Shown: positions 43,893-52,410 of the stretch, piece by piece
Layout: each line of letters begins with the position of its first letter
Numbering within the stretch: the stretch's first letter is position 1
Assembly: GCA_963825475.1 (NCBI GenBank)
Contig: CAWGTC010000001.1
Location: 315,742-379,741 of the forward strand
Length of the DNA: 64,000 nt
Reading direction: 5' to 3'
DNA from: an uncultured Thermoleophilaceae bacterium
GTDB taxonomy: Bacteria > Actinomycetota > Thermoleophilia > Solirubrobacterales > Thermoleophilaceae
Notes under the pieces: generated by a model
The model's database searches: none
What the model saw: the letters and a program-made list of their open reading frames with translations, nothing else
What the model was told of the DNA's origin: nothing
Made by a program: the position numbers and the translations under genes

Positions 43893-44852
43893 GTGACGCG
43901 CGGTGAGTCGCCCGAGTGGCGGGGCAGTGCGTTCGGGCTGAGTCTCTCCGGCGCCTTCGTTGCGCCCGGGTTGGCAGGTGAGACGCGTTCGTCGAGTTCA
44001 GCGTTCGCGACCGAGCTGGCGTTGGTTGCTCGGGGAGATCTCGGCGAGGGATGGGCTCCGGTCGAGGTCGAGCTGCTCTACGAGCAGGTGCTTCCCAATG
44101 GCAGATTTGCGATCCGCCGCCACCCGGAGCGTGGCTACCGACTGGAGCACACGTACTACGGACAGTTCTGGGTCGCGACGGACGGGGCCCGAATCTCGTG
44201 TGCTCCCGAGGATTTGCCGAACTGGCTGTGGCAGCGCTTCCTGGTTGGCCAGGTGCTGCCGCTGGCGTCACTGTTGCAGGAGTACGAGGTGCTTCATGGC
44301 AGCGCAGCTGCGATCGACGGGTCTGCCGTGCTGGTGATGGGCGCCAGCGGGGCCGGGAAATCTTCCGTGTGCCTGCACCTGGTGGCCGGCGGCGCGACGT
44401 TCCTCACCGACGACGTGGCTGCCCTGGAGCTACGCGACGGGGCCGTCCTGACGCATCCGGGTCCGGGGTTGGCGAGCCTCGACGAAGACGAGCTCGCACG
44501 CCTGCCACCCGAGCAGACGGGAGCCTGGGAACGGCTCGGGGTTTCCGACGGGGAGGTCCGACTCATGGTGACCGGCGCCGGACACCAGGCTCTTCCGGTC
44601 GCCGCGATCTACCTTCTCACCCATCGCCCCGAAGCTCGCCGGCTCGAGATCGTCGCTACGGCGGCGGCTTGGCCCGAGGCTCTGCTGGGCGGCACGTTCA
44701 ATGCCTACCTGCGGGATGCGGGGCGTCTGGTGCGCCAGCTGGAGGTGGCGGGTCGTCTCGCGGAGACAGTGCCCTTGCGAGAGGTGACGGTGCCCGAGGG
44801 TGTGGGGGCGGGCGCTGTGGCCGACGCCATCGCCTCCTCGTTCAGGCCCTGA
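43893..44852 (+). CDS. HPr kinase-like P-loop kinase, second copy
   Basis: 319 aa. LVMGASGAGKSSVCLHLVAGGATFLTDDVAALELRDGAVLTHPGPGLASL aligns with 12400-13353 (GLVAPSGTGKSSTACNLIAHGGSFFADDVLALDLVDGRVRAHPGPRLVSV). Confidence 0.8.
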   Translation: MTRGESPEWRGSAFGLSLSGAFVAPGLAGETRSSSSAFATELALVARGDLGEGWAPVEVELLYEQVLPNGRFAIRRHPERGYRLEHTYYGQFWVATDGARISCAPEDLPNWLWQRFLVGQVLPLASLLQEYEVLHGSAAAIDGSAVLVMGASGAGKSSVCLHLVAGGATFLTDDVAALELRDGAVLTHPGPGLASLDEDELARLPPEQTGAWERLGVSDGEVRLMVTGAGHQALPVAAIYLLTHRPEARRLEIVATAAAWPEALLGGTFNAYLRDAGRLVRQLEVAGRLAETVPLREVTVPEGVGAGAVADAIASSFRP

Positions 44853-44985
44853 TCAGCGCCAGGACCTCGTCCCGCTTCTCGCCCATGTGCTCCTCCGATA
44901 CCTGCGATTCGAGGTTTGAGCCGCAGCAGCGGCTCGGTGTTGGAGGCACGCACGTTGAAGTGCCAGTCCTCGTAGTCCACCGACG
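44844..44985 (-). pseudogene. Duplicated 3'-end fragment of the phosphomannomutase gene (direct repeat of 46822-46962)
   Basis: About 141 bp with roughly 95% identity and one 1-nt indel. It encodes ...SVDYEDWHFNVRASNTEPLLRL, then goes out of frame. Confidence 0.85.
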
Positions 44986-45038
44986 CGCAGCTCATCGATG
45001 GCCATTGGGGCCGCAGTGTAGACCGCAACGCCCCCGCT

Positions 45039-45431
45039 TCAGCTCAGAGGCTCGTACGGATCCCGCAGCTCCGGAAACATCGGGAAGTGCTTTCGGTTGC
45101 GGGTCATGAGGTCCACGCCAAGGCGTTCGGCTGTAGCTGCGATCACGTAGTCGACCAGATCGATTCCCGGGTGGCTCCGCACGAACCGTGAAGCTAGAGC
45201 CCCGGCTCGCTCGCCGAGATCATCATCCACCTCCAGCCAGTCGATCGCTTCCATCAGCTTCCGCGTTCTCGGGCGCTCGTCCGGACGCATCCCGGCAAGG
45301 AGCTCCACTTTGGTCAGGACAGACGCTGACAGCCTCTCGCCGCCTGTTTCCAGGCCAGTGATGAGCTGGCGCGCGCGTTCATCGCCGCGGAGGTGGTCGA
45401 TCAACACGGATGTGTCGAGCAAAGCGGTCAC
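45039..45431 (-). CDS. vapC: PIN-domain toxin VapC
   Basis: 130 aa. LLDTSVLIDHLRG... carries the first acidic residue of the PIN fold, with further acidic residues downstream (MEAIDWLEVDDD, GIDLVDYVIAA). It overlaps the antitoxin gene by 4 nt. Confidence 0.85.
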   Translation of the reverse strand: MTALLDTSVLIDHLRGDERARQLITGLETGGERLSASVLTKVELLAGMRPDERPRTRKLMEAIDWLEVDDDLGERAGALASRFVRSHPGIDLVDYVIAATAERLGVDLMTRNRKHFPMFPELRDPYEPLS

Positions 45432-45679
45432 CGCTCGAGCCGCGCACCCAGGCCCGGGCGACGAATCCGCTCCACGTAGTGCTCGCCGTCGAAGTCACGG
45501 TCGGCCCAGGCGCCGAAGCTCTCCCCAAGAGCGGCGCTTCGCTCCGGGCCCTGCATGCGGTAGGTGGCCGAGAGCGATCGCCGCACGAGCTCGGCCAGCC
45601 CGAGCCCCGTCTTCTCCGACTCGCGCTTCAGCGTCTCATACTGCGCATCCGTGAGCGTGATCTGGGTCCGATGAGCCAT
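45428..45679 (-). CDS. vapB: Ribbon-helix-helix antitoxin (VapB-like)
   Basis: 83 aa. MAHRTQITLTDAQYETLKRESEKTGLGLAELVRRSL shows an RHH beta-strand plus two helices. Confidence 0.75.
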   Translation of the reverse strand: MAHRTQITLTDAQYETLKRESEKTGLGLAELVRRSLSATYRMQGPERSAALGESFGAWADRDFDGEHYVERIRRPGLGARLER

Positions 45680-45702
45680 AGTGATGTAAGCCTACATCAC
45701 TA
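45679..45702. promoter_or_regulatory. Perfect 10-bp inverted repeat (TAGTGATGTA-agcc-TACATCACTA) overlapping the vapB start codon; putative TA operator
   Basis: Read directly from the sequence. The arms are 45679-45688 and 45693-45702. RHH antitoxins typically autoregulate through such palindromes. Confidence 0.6.
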
Positions 45703-45760
45703 GCCGAACCCCAGGTGGGTGATCTCTTCGGGCCCTTCAAGGGCGACGCCTACTGGAGCA

Positions 45761-46720
45761 TCAGGGTCGCGGAAGCCGGCGGGTGTCGACTACTTCGAAG
45801 TCGCTGCCCTGCACCTGGGTAAAGGAGTGCAGGTCGTCGTTGTCCCATCCGTCGGAGGGGGCGCCGGACACGTTCCAGGCTGAGCCGTTGTCGGCTACCA
45901 GCGCGCCGTAGCGCTTGAGAGCGCTGAGCACGACCTGAGACTGGGGCGGGTAGCCGGAGACGTCGAAGCTGGCCCGCAGTCTCACCCGTTGCCCCATCGC
46001 TGGCAGGTCGGGGTCGCGGGAGTGCGAGGCGAAGTGCCGCGCGGGGTAGATGAACGCTCGTCGTGTGCGCGGCACCGTTATTCGCAGCGCGTGATCGATG
46101 CGACCGCTGCGAACCTCGTCGTAGCGCACAAGCCCGGGCAGGATCGGAAGGCCGGCAGCGTCGGCGGAAGTCCAGAAACGCGGGCGCAGGCGGTTCGAGC
46201 GCAGGTTCCAGGTTGCTCCCGATCCGGCCCTCCAGCTGCGCCCGCCGTTTTGGGGGTAGGCCGCGTAGAGCTCGTACAGGCGGCAGCGATCGCGGTCGAC
46301 CACGATCAGGTGGCGGTCTCCCTCGGACGAACGTCCGCCCTGGATCGCCATGTTGGCGGGTATCGGGTAGGGGCCCGGGTCGGAACTGTGGTGGTATTTG
46401 AACCGCATCGGTACCCGCTTCTGGGTGCTTGACACCACGCGGTAGGGGATGCCGATTGGCTCTCCTTCGTAGAGCCCCGAGGCGAAGCCCGCGTGCGCGG
46501 GGGCCGACCGCCCGACCGCAGATACCATCGCCGCCGAGCGAGGATGCAGCGGCAGCTGGTCAACCCGCATATTCCAATGGCTGCTGGCCGGGAAAATGGG
46601 GCAGTTCGGCGCGCCGGGCAACCTGGGCGTGCGACCCTCGCCGGCCCCGCCGGGGACGCCGGCCAACACGAGCGGCACTGCGGCGAGTGCCGCGAGGGCG
46701 GCGGGGACGGCCCAGCGCAT
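45761..46720 (-). CDS. Secreted protein of unknown function (paralogue of 25380-26402)
   Basis: 319 aa with signal peptide MRWAVPAALAALAAVPLVLAG. It shares central blocks with the 25380 protein. Confidence 0.6.
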   Translation of the reverse strand: MRWAVPAALAALAAVPLVLAGVPGGAGEGRTPRLPGAPNCPIFPASSHWNMRVDQLPLHPRSAAMVSAVGRSAPAHAGFASGLYEGEPIGIPYRVVSSTQKRVPMRFKYHHSSDPGPYPIPANMAIQGGRSSEGDRHLIVVDRDRCRLYELYAAYPQNGGRSWRAGSGATWNLRSNRLRPRFWTSADAAGLPILPGLVRYDEVRSGRIDHALRITVPRTRRAFIYPARHFASHSRDPDLPAMGQRVRLRASFDVSGYPPQSQVVLSALKRYGALVADNGSAWNVSGAPSDGWDNDDLHSFTQVQGSDFEVVDTRRLPRP

Positions 46721-46819
46721 CGGCCGAGGTTATCGCGGCATGGTAGGAGGTGGTCGCGGCCGTGGCGGGCTCGGTCGGGTGGGCGAGAAGGCCCGTTGAC
46801 GGCCCCGAGGCTGCGCCCT

Positions 46820-48199
46820 CTAGGCCCTGATCAGCGCCAATACCTCGTCCCGCTTCTCGCCCATGTGCTCCTCCGATACCAGCGACTCGAGGTTGAGCCG
46901 CAGCAGCGGCTCGGTGTTGGAGGCGCGCACGTTGAAGTGCCAGTCCTCGTAGTCCACCGACACGCCGTCCAGGTGGCTGACCTCTCCGTCGGAGTACCGC
47001 GAGGCGATCTCCTCCATCTTGGCGTCCGAGTCGCTCACCTCGGAGTTGATCTCCCCGGAGATGAAGTAGCGCGCCAGCAGGGGCGCCAGCAGCTCGCTCA
47101 TCTTCGCCCCCTTCGCCGAGAGCAGCTCGAGAATCAGCAGCGCGGGCAGCGTGCCCGAGTCGGCGCAGTAGAAGTCGCGGAAGTAGTAGTGCCCCGACAC
47201 CTCGCCGCCGAACGCCGCTCCCTCCTCGCGCATCCGCGCCTTGAAGAACGCGTGGCCCACGCGGTTCACGTGGGCGCTGCCGCCCGCCGCTTCGACCAGG
47301 TCGCGAACGGCGCGTGACGCTCGTACGTCGTACAGGATCGCTGCGCCCGGCTCCTTGGCCAGGATCGACTGCGCCAGCAGGGCGGTGAGGAAGTCGCCGT
47401 CAACGAACCGGCCGGTGTCGTCGATGAAGAAGCAGCGGTCGGCGTCGCCGTCCCAGGCGATGCCGAGGTCGGCCCTCTCGGAGAGCACCTTGTCGATGAT
47501 GAAGCGGCGGTTCTCCTCCAGCAGCGGGTTGGGCTCGTGGTCGGGGAACTCGCCGTCGGGCTCCCAGTAGAGCTTGACCTGGTCGAGGCCGAGCATGTCG
47601 AGGATCGACCCGCACGTCGGGCCGGCCATGCCGTTGCCACCGTCGAGCACGACCTTCATCGGCTGGATCGAGGACTGGTCGATGAAGGCCAGCGCGTCCT
47701 CCCGAAAGGGCTCGCCCACGTCTTCCGTCTCGGTGCCACCAACGGGCTCGGCAGCCGGGCCGGGCTCGCCGGCCGTCATGATCTCGCGCAGCTCGCCGAT
47801 CCCCGAGTCGCCGGAGAGGGGGAGGGCGCCGCGGCCCACCAGCTTCGCGCCCGTGTAGGCCTTGGGGTTGTGAGAGGCGGTGCACATCAGCCCGCCGTCG
47901 AGGCCGCGCGACCCCACGGTCCAGTAGAGCATCTCGGTGCCCACCATCCCGATGTCGAGCACGTGCGCGCCCTCGTCACGCATGCCGGCCACGTAGCGCT
48001 CGGACAGCGACTCGGCCTGGAGGCGCATGTCACGCCCAATCGCCAGCCGCAGCTCGGTGGCGGCCGTCGCATACATGTCGGCCAGCACGAGCGCGAAGGC
48101 GCGGCCGAGGCGGTAGGCCACGTGCTCGTCGATCTGCTCGCCGTAGAGGCCGCGCACGTCGTACGCCTTGAAAATGGATTGATCGATGGTGGTGGGCAC
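46820..48199 (-). CDS. Phosphomannomutase/phosphoglucomutase
   Basis: The start is trimmed to GTG 48199 (VPTTIDQSIFKAYDVRG). The active-site loop is CTASHNPKAYTG, the metal loop is WDGDADRCFF and the sugar loop is GGEVSGHYYF. Confidence 0.9.
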   Translation of the reverse strand: MPTTIDQSIFKAYDVRGLYGEQIDEHVAYRLGRAFALVLADMYATAATELRLAIGRDMRLQAESLSERYVAGMRDEGAHVLDIGMVGTEMLYWTVGSRGLDGGLMCTASHNPKAYTGAKLVGRGALPLSGDSGIGELREIMTAGEPGPAAEPVGGTETEDVGEPFREDALAFIDQSSIQPMKVVLDGGNGMAGPTCGSILDMLGLDQVKLYWEPDGEFPDHEPNPLLEENRRFIIDKVLSERADLGIAWDGDADRCFFIDDTGRFVDGDFLTALLAQSILAKEPGAAILYDVRASRAVRDLVEAAGGSAHVNRVGHAFFKARMREEGAAFGGEVSGHYYFRDFYCADSGTLPALLILELLSAKGAKMSELLAPLLARYFISGEINSEVSDSDAKMEEIASRYSDGEVSHLDGVSVDYEDWHFNVRASNTEPLLRLNLESLVSEEHMGEKRDEVLALIRA

Positions 48200-48248
48200 G
48201 GCCCGGACTCTATGATCACCCGCTGCATGGAGCCCGCCAAGCCTTCGA

Positions 48249-48954
48249 TTGGCGGTCTCGATCGTGCTGCCGGCCTTCAACGAGGAGGCCAACGTGGCGC
48301 AGGCGGTGGCCGAGGCTACGAGCACCGCCGAGCGCCTGTTCGCCGACCACGAGGTGATCGTGGTCGACGACGGCTCGCACGACCGGACCGCCTCGATCGT
48401 TCGCGAGATCGCCTCGCGCGACCCCCGCGTGCGCGTGATCAGCCACGGCCGCAACCGCGGGTATGGCGAGGCGCTGCGCACCGGGCTTCCTCGCCAGCCG
48501 CCTCAACTACGTCTTCTTCACCGACGCGGATCTGCAGTTCGACCTCGACGAGCTCGAACGCTTCCTGCCCTATGTGGGCACGGTCGACGTGGTGGCCGGC
48601 TACCGGATCAACCGCCAGGACTCCCTCTCGCGGAGGGCGATGGCCCACGCCTGGAACGTGCTGGTGCGGATGCTCTTCTACGTGCCGGTGCGCGACATCG
48701 ACTGCGCCTTCAAGCTCTTCGAGCGGCGGGTGCTGAGCGATGTGGACATCGAGTCGGTGGGAGCGATGGTGAACACCGAGCTGATGGTGAAGCTGGGCCG
48801 CCGGGGGGCGAGCGTGGTGGAGGTGGGCGTGCACCACCGGCCGCGGCGAGCGGGCGAAGCCCGCGGGGCCAATCCCCAGGTGATCGCCACCGCGTTCCGG
48901 GAGGTCGTGCGGATGCGACGACGACTGGCCGCTCTCGACAGCCGCAACCTGTGA
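48249..48954 (+). pseudogene. Polyprenol-phosphate glycosyltransferase (GT2, DPM1/GtrB-like), 1-nt frameshift at 48483-48485
   Basis: Frame 0 reads SIVLPAFNEEANV...VIVVDDGSHDRT...NRGYGEALRTG. Frame 1 (track ORF 48463..48954) reads FLASRLNYVFFTDADLQFD...VAGYRINRQDS...DIDCAFKLFERR. The junction is accGGGcttc, where accggcttc is expected. Confidence 0.75.
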
Positions 48955-49841
48955 GCGCGACCTGCGCGGCCTGCGGGGCCGCTTCGCTCGAGCCGCACCT
49001 GACCGTGGCCCGAGACGAGGGCGCCAGCCTGGTGGCCACCACCACCGCCTACGGCACGGCGCCCGCCGACCTGGTGCGGTGCACCGTGTGCGGCCATGCG
49101 CAGGTGGCCGAGTTCCCCGCCGAGGCGGCGCTGGCGGAGGCCTACGGCGAGGTCGACGAGGGCGCATACCTCGAGGAGGAGACCGGCCAGCGCGCCACGG
49201 CGCGGCGGGCGCTCGACCGCATCGAGCGCCACGTGGGCACCGGAAAGCTGTGCGATCTGGGCTGTTGGGTGGGCTTCCTGGTGTCCGAGGCCGAGCGGCG
49301 GGGGTGGGAAGCGCAGGGGGTGGAGCCCTCGGAGTTCGCCTCCCGGTTCGCGCGCGAGCGCCTGGGCCTGCGGGTGCAACAGGGCACCCTCGAGTCCGCC
49401 GGCCTGCCCGAGGGCCACTTCGACGCTCTCGTCCTGGGCGACGTGATCGAGCACCTGCCCGATCCCGGCCGGGCGCTGGAGCGGATGGGCGCGCTGCTGG
49501 CGCCGCGCGGTGTGGTGTACCTGGCGCTGCCCGACGCCGGCAGCCGGGTGGCGCGAGCGCTGGGGGCTCGCTGGTGGTCGGTGCTGCCCACCCACGTCCA
49601 GTACTTCACCCGCCCCAGCATCTCGCGGCTGCTCGACCGCCACGGCTTCACCGTCGAGTGGATGAGCACCGCGCCGAAGGCCTTCAGCGTGCGCTACTAC
49701 GCCGAGCGGCTCGAGGGCTACTCGCCGCCCGTGGCGAGAGCGGCGGCGGGCGCGACCGTGCGCCTGGGCGTGGCCGACCGACTGGTGTGGCCGGACTTCC
49801 GCGACCGGATGGCCCTCGTGGCGCGGCGGCGCGAGTCTTGA
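48951..49841 (+). CDS. Class I SAM-dependent methyltransferase with N-terminal Cys4 zinc ribbon
   Basis: GTG 48951 overlaps the GT2 stop. CAACG...CTVCGH, then LCDLGCWVGFLVSEAERRGWEAQGVEPS. It is a paralogue of 62667-63578. Confidence 0.75.
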   Translation: MSATCAACGAASLEPHLTVARDEGASLVATTTAYGTAPADLVRCTVCGHAQVAEFPAEAALAEAYGEVDEGAYLEEETGQRATARRALDRIERHVGTGKLCDLGCWVGFLVSEAERRGWEAQGVEPSEFASRFARERLGLRVQQGTLESAGLPEGHFDALVLGDVIEHLPDPGRALERMGALLAPRGVVYLALPDAGSRVARALGARWWSVLPTHVQYFTRPSISRLLDRHGFTVEWMSTAPKAFSVRYYAERLEGYSPPVARAAAGATVRLGVADRLVWPDFRDRMALVARRRES

Positions 49842-51226
49842 GCGGCCACCGCAGGGCCGCGGTGATCGGAGCCGGCGTGGCCGGACTGACGGCCGCCTAC
49901 GAGCTGGGAAAGCAGGGCTGGGCGACCGACGTCTACGAGCGCTGGCCGGGCCTCGGCGGGCAGGCGGCCACCTTCGACGTGGGGGAGGGGGTGCTGCTCG
50001 AGCGCTACTACCACCACCTCTTCACCAGCGACCGCCACATCGCCGGTCTGTACCGCGAGCTCGGCATGCCCGACGGGATCGAGTGGCGGCCGTCCAGCGT
50101 GGCGTTCTTCGCGCAGGGCGCCAGCCACCCGTTCACCACGCCGCTCGACCTGCTGCGCTTCTCCCCGTTGTCGATCCTCTCCCGGCTGCGCATGGGGCTG
50201 GCGGTGCTCAACCTCCAGCGCCGCCATCCCCGGGTCGAGCCGTTCGAGTCCCGCACCGCGCACGACTGGATCGTGGGTGCGATGGGGGCTGAGGCATGGG
50301 ACGCGGTGTGGGGGCCGCTGCTGCGCGGCAAGTTCGGCGACCGGGCGGAGGACATATCGATGGGGTGGCTGTGGAGCAAGCTCACCCTGCGCCGCCAGAT
50401 CAAGGGCCAGGAGGCCAAGGGCGAGGTGCTCGGCTATCCGCGAGACGGCTTCGAGCCGCTCTTCCGCCGTCTGGCCGAGCGAATCGAGGCACGGGGCGGA
50501 CGGGTGCTGATCGATCGCCCGGCCGCTCGCCTGGCGCGCGCCGGCGGCGGGTTCGTGATCGTGCCCGGCGAGGCCGGGTCATTCCGCCGCGGCCACGACC
50601 CGCGCCAGTTCAAGGCCGGCGGCGAGCCGGTGCCCTACGACGCGGTGGTCGCCACCGTGCCCAACGGCCCGTTCGAGCAGCTGCTCGATCCGGCGCTGGC
50701 CGGCGAGCTGTCCGAGGGATATCTCGATCGCCTCAGCTCGATCGAGTACCACGCCGCCCTGTGCCTGGTGCTCGAGATCGACCGCCGCTTCTCGTCGTTC
50801 TACTGGACCAATGTGGCGGACAACGATCTGCCCTTCGTGGGCCTGATCGAGCAGACCAACTTCGTCGCGCCCGAGCACTACGACGGGCGGCGCTTTCTCT
50901 ACGTGGCCAACTACGTGGCCCGCGACGACGCGCTGCTCGGCCTGTCCGCCGACGAGCTGCTCGAGGTCTACACGCCCGGGCTGCGGCGGGTGAACCCCGG
51001 CTTCGACCTCTCGTGGGTGCGCAAGCGGTGGCTGTTCCGCGAACCCGATGCCCAGCCGATCGTGACGGTGGGCTACCGCGACCTGCTTCCGCCGTTGCAC
51101 ACCGGCGCGCCCGGACTCGTGCTGGCCAACACCACGCAGGTCTACCCGGAGGACCGCGGGACCAACTACGCAGTGGAGCTGGGACAGCGTGCCGCGGCGG
51201 CGGTGAGCGGCCCACCCGCGCCCTAG
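49838..51226 (+). CDS. FAD/NAD(P)-binding oxidoreductase (amine-oxidase/phytoene-desaturase-like fold)
   Basis: AAVIGAGVAGLTAAYELGKQGWATDVYERWPGLGGQA is a Rossmann dinucleotide motif. The TTG 49838 or GTG 49862 start overlaps or abuts the previous stop. Confidence 0.75.
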   Translation: MSGHRRAAVIGAGVAGLTAAYELGKQGWATDVYERWPGLGGQAATFDVGEGVLLERYYHHLFTSDRHIAGLYRELGMPDGIEWRPSSVAFFAQGASHPFTTPLDLLRFSPLSILSRLRMGLAVLNLQRRHPRVEPFESRTAHDWIVGAMGAEAWDAVWGPLLRGKFGDRAEDISMGWLWSKLTLRRQIKGQEAKGEVLGYPRDGFEPLFRRLAERIEARGGRVLIDRPAARLARAGGGFVIVPGEAGSFRRGHDPRQFKAGGEPVPYDAVVATVPNGPFEQLLDPALAGELSEGYLDRLSSIEYHAALCLVLEIDRRFSSFYWTNVADNDLPFVGLIEQTNFVAPEHYDGRRFLYVANYVARDDALLGLSADELLEVYTPGLRRVNPGFDLSWVRKRWLFREPDAQPIVTVGYRDLLPPLHTGAPGLVLANTTQVYPEDRGTNYAVELGQRAAAAVSGPPAP

Positions 51227-51237
51227 ACTTGCCGCGA

Positions 51238-52410
51238 ATGAGCGCGCGCGGACGCCGCCTGCTGTGGGCGATCATCGGGCTGGGGCTGGTGGCGCGGCTG
51301 GTGGTGGCGTTCAGCACCTACGGGGTCCGGTTCGACGTGGACTCCTACGCGCTCGTGTGGGCCGCGCTGCACGAGGACGCCCTGCACGTGTACGGCGACG
51401 TGAACCGGTGGCCCTATCCACCCGGGTACTTCACCTGGATCCTGTTCGCGGGCAAGCTCGAGAGCGTGACCGGGCTCCGCTTCGCGGACCTGATCCAGAT
51501 CCCGGCGATTCTCGCGGACCTGGCGATCGCGTTCCTCGTGCAGTGGGCCCTGGGGCAGCGGGGGGTGGCTGAACGCGTACGGCTTGCCGCCGCCGCTCTG
51601 GTTGCGCTGGGGCCGAGCTTTCTCGTGGTGTCGGGCTTCCACGGGCAGATCGACTCGATCGCGATCCTGCCTGCCCTGGCCGGGGTGCTGCTGTGGCAGC
51701 GCCTGGACGACCATCCGCGCCGGGCCCTGGCCGTGGGCCTGCTGATCGGGTTGGGCGGAGTGCTCAAGACCGTGCCGCTCGTGGCGGTACTGGCGCTGCT
51801 GCCCTGGACGCGCTCGGTGCGCGAGGGCGCCGTGCTGGTGGTCTCCGCGGCGGCGCTGCCGGTGGCGGCCTTCGTGCCCTTCGCGATCGCCGATCCCGCC
51901 GGGGTGTGGGAGGCCGTGAGCTACCGAGGCGTGCCCGGTGTGGGGGGGCTCAGCCTGGTCGCCCAGCCCGAGCTGGCGCGCGGCTGGATGAACGACGCGG
52001 TGGTGGACCCGTCCTGGCTCACCTTCGCGCTGATCGACTACGGCGGCGCGATCACCGCCGGCGGACTGGCGCTGGTGGCCTACCTGCTGTTTCGCTACCG
52101 GCCGGATCCGGTGGAGGGCGCAGCGCTGGTCTACCTCGCGCTGTGGATCTTCGGAGTCAACTTCTTCCTGCAGTACGTGATCTGGGGCCTTCCCTTCATG
52201 CTCGTGGCCGGCTACGTGCGGGAGGTGGCAGCCCTGCAGGTGCTGATGCTGCCGGCGGCCGTGCTCGTGTACCTGCGCCCGTGGGAGGACCCGGCCGCCG
52301 CCTGGGTGTACGCGCCCGCGGCGATCGTGCTGTGGGTGGTGTTCGCGGCTTGGTTTGCGGTCCTGTCCCGCCGCTTGGCCGGCGCCCGCTACAGGACCCT
52401 GCCCGACTAG
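51238..52410 (+). CDS. Integral membrane GT-C-like glycosyltransferase (DUF2029/mannosyltransferase-like)
   Basis: 390 aa with about 10 TM segments. An early loop contains an acidic pair (RFDVDSY) and RWPYPPGYFTW. The family assignment rests on topology and pattern only. Confidence 0.55.
   Translation: MSARGRRLLWAIIGLGLVARLVVAFSTYGVRFDVDSYALVWAALHEDALHVYGDVNRWPYPPGYFTWILFAGKLESVTGLRFADLIQIPAILADLAIAFLVQWALGQRGVAERVRLAAAALVALGPSFLVVSGFHGQIDSIAILPALAGVLLWQRLDDHPRRALAVGLLIGLGGVLKTVPLVAVLALLPWTRSVREGAVLVVSAAALPVAAFVPFAIADPAGVWEAVSYRGVPGVGGLSLVAQPELARGWMNDAVVDPSWLTFALIDYGGAITAGGLALVAYLLFRYRPDPVEGAALVYLALWIFGVNFFLQYVIWGLPFMLVAGYVREVAALQVLMLPAAVLVYLRPWEDPAAAWVYAPAAIVLWVVFAAWFAVLSRRLAGARYRTLPD

Noticed and set aside
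44986-46821. A mobile element call (IS, integron cassette, prophage remnant) for the vapBC-containing insertion
   Set aside because: No transposase, integrase, terminal inverted repeats or att-like core is recognisable. Only the flanking 141-bp direct repeats are seen, so it is reported as a finding and not as a mobile_element feature.
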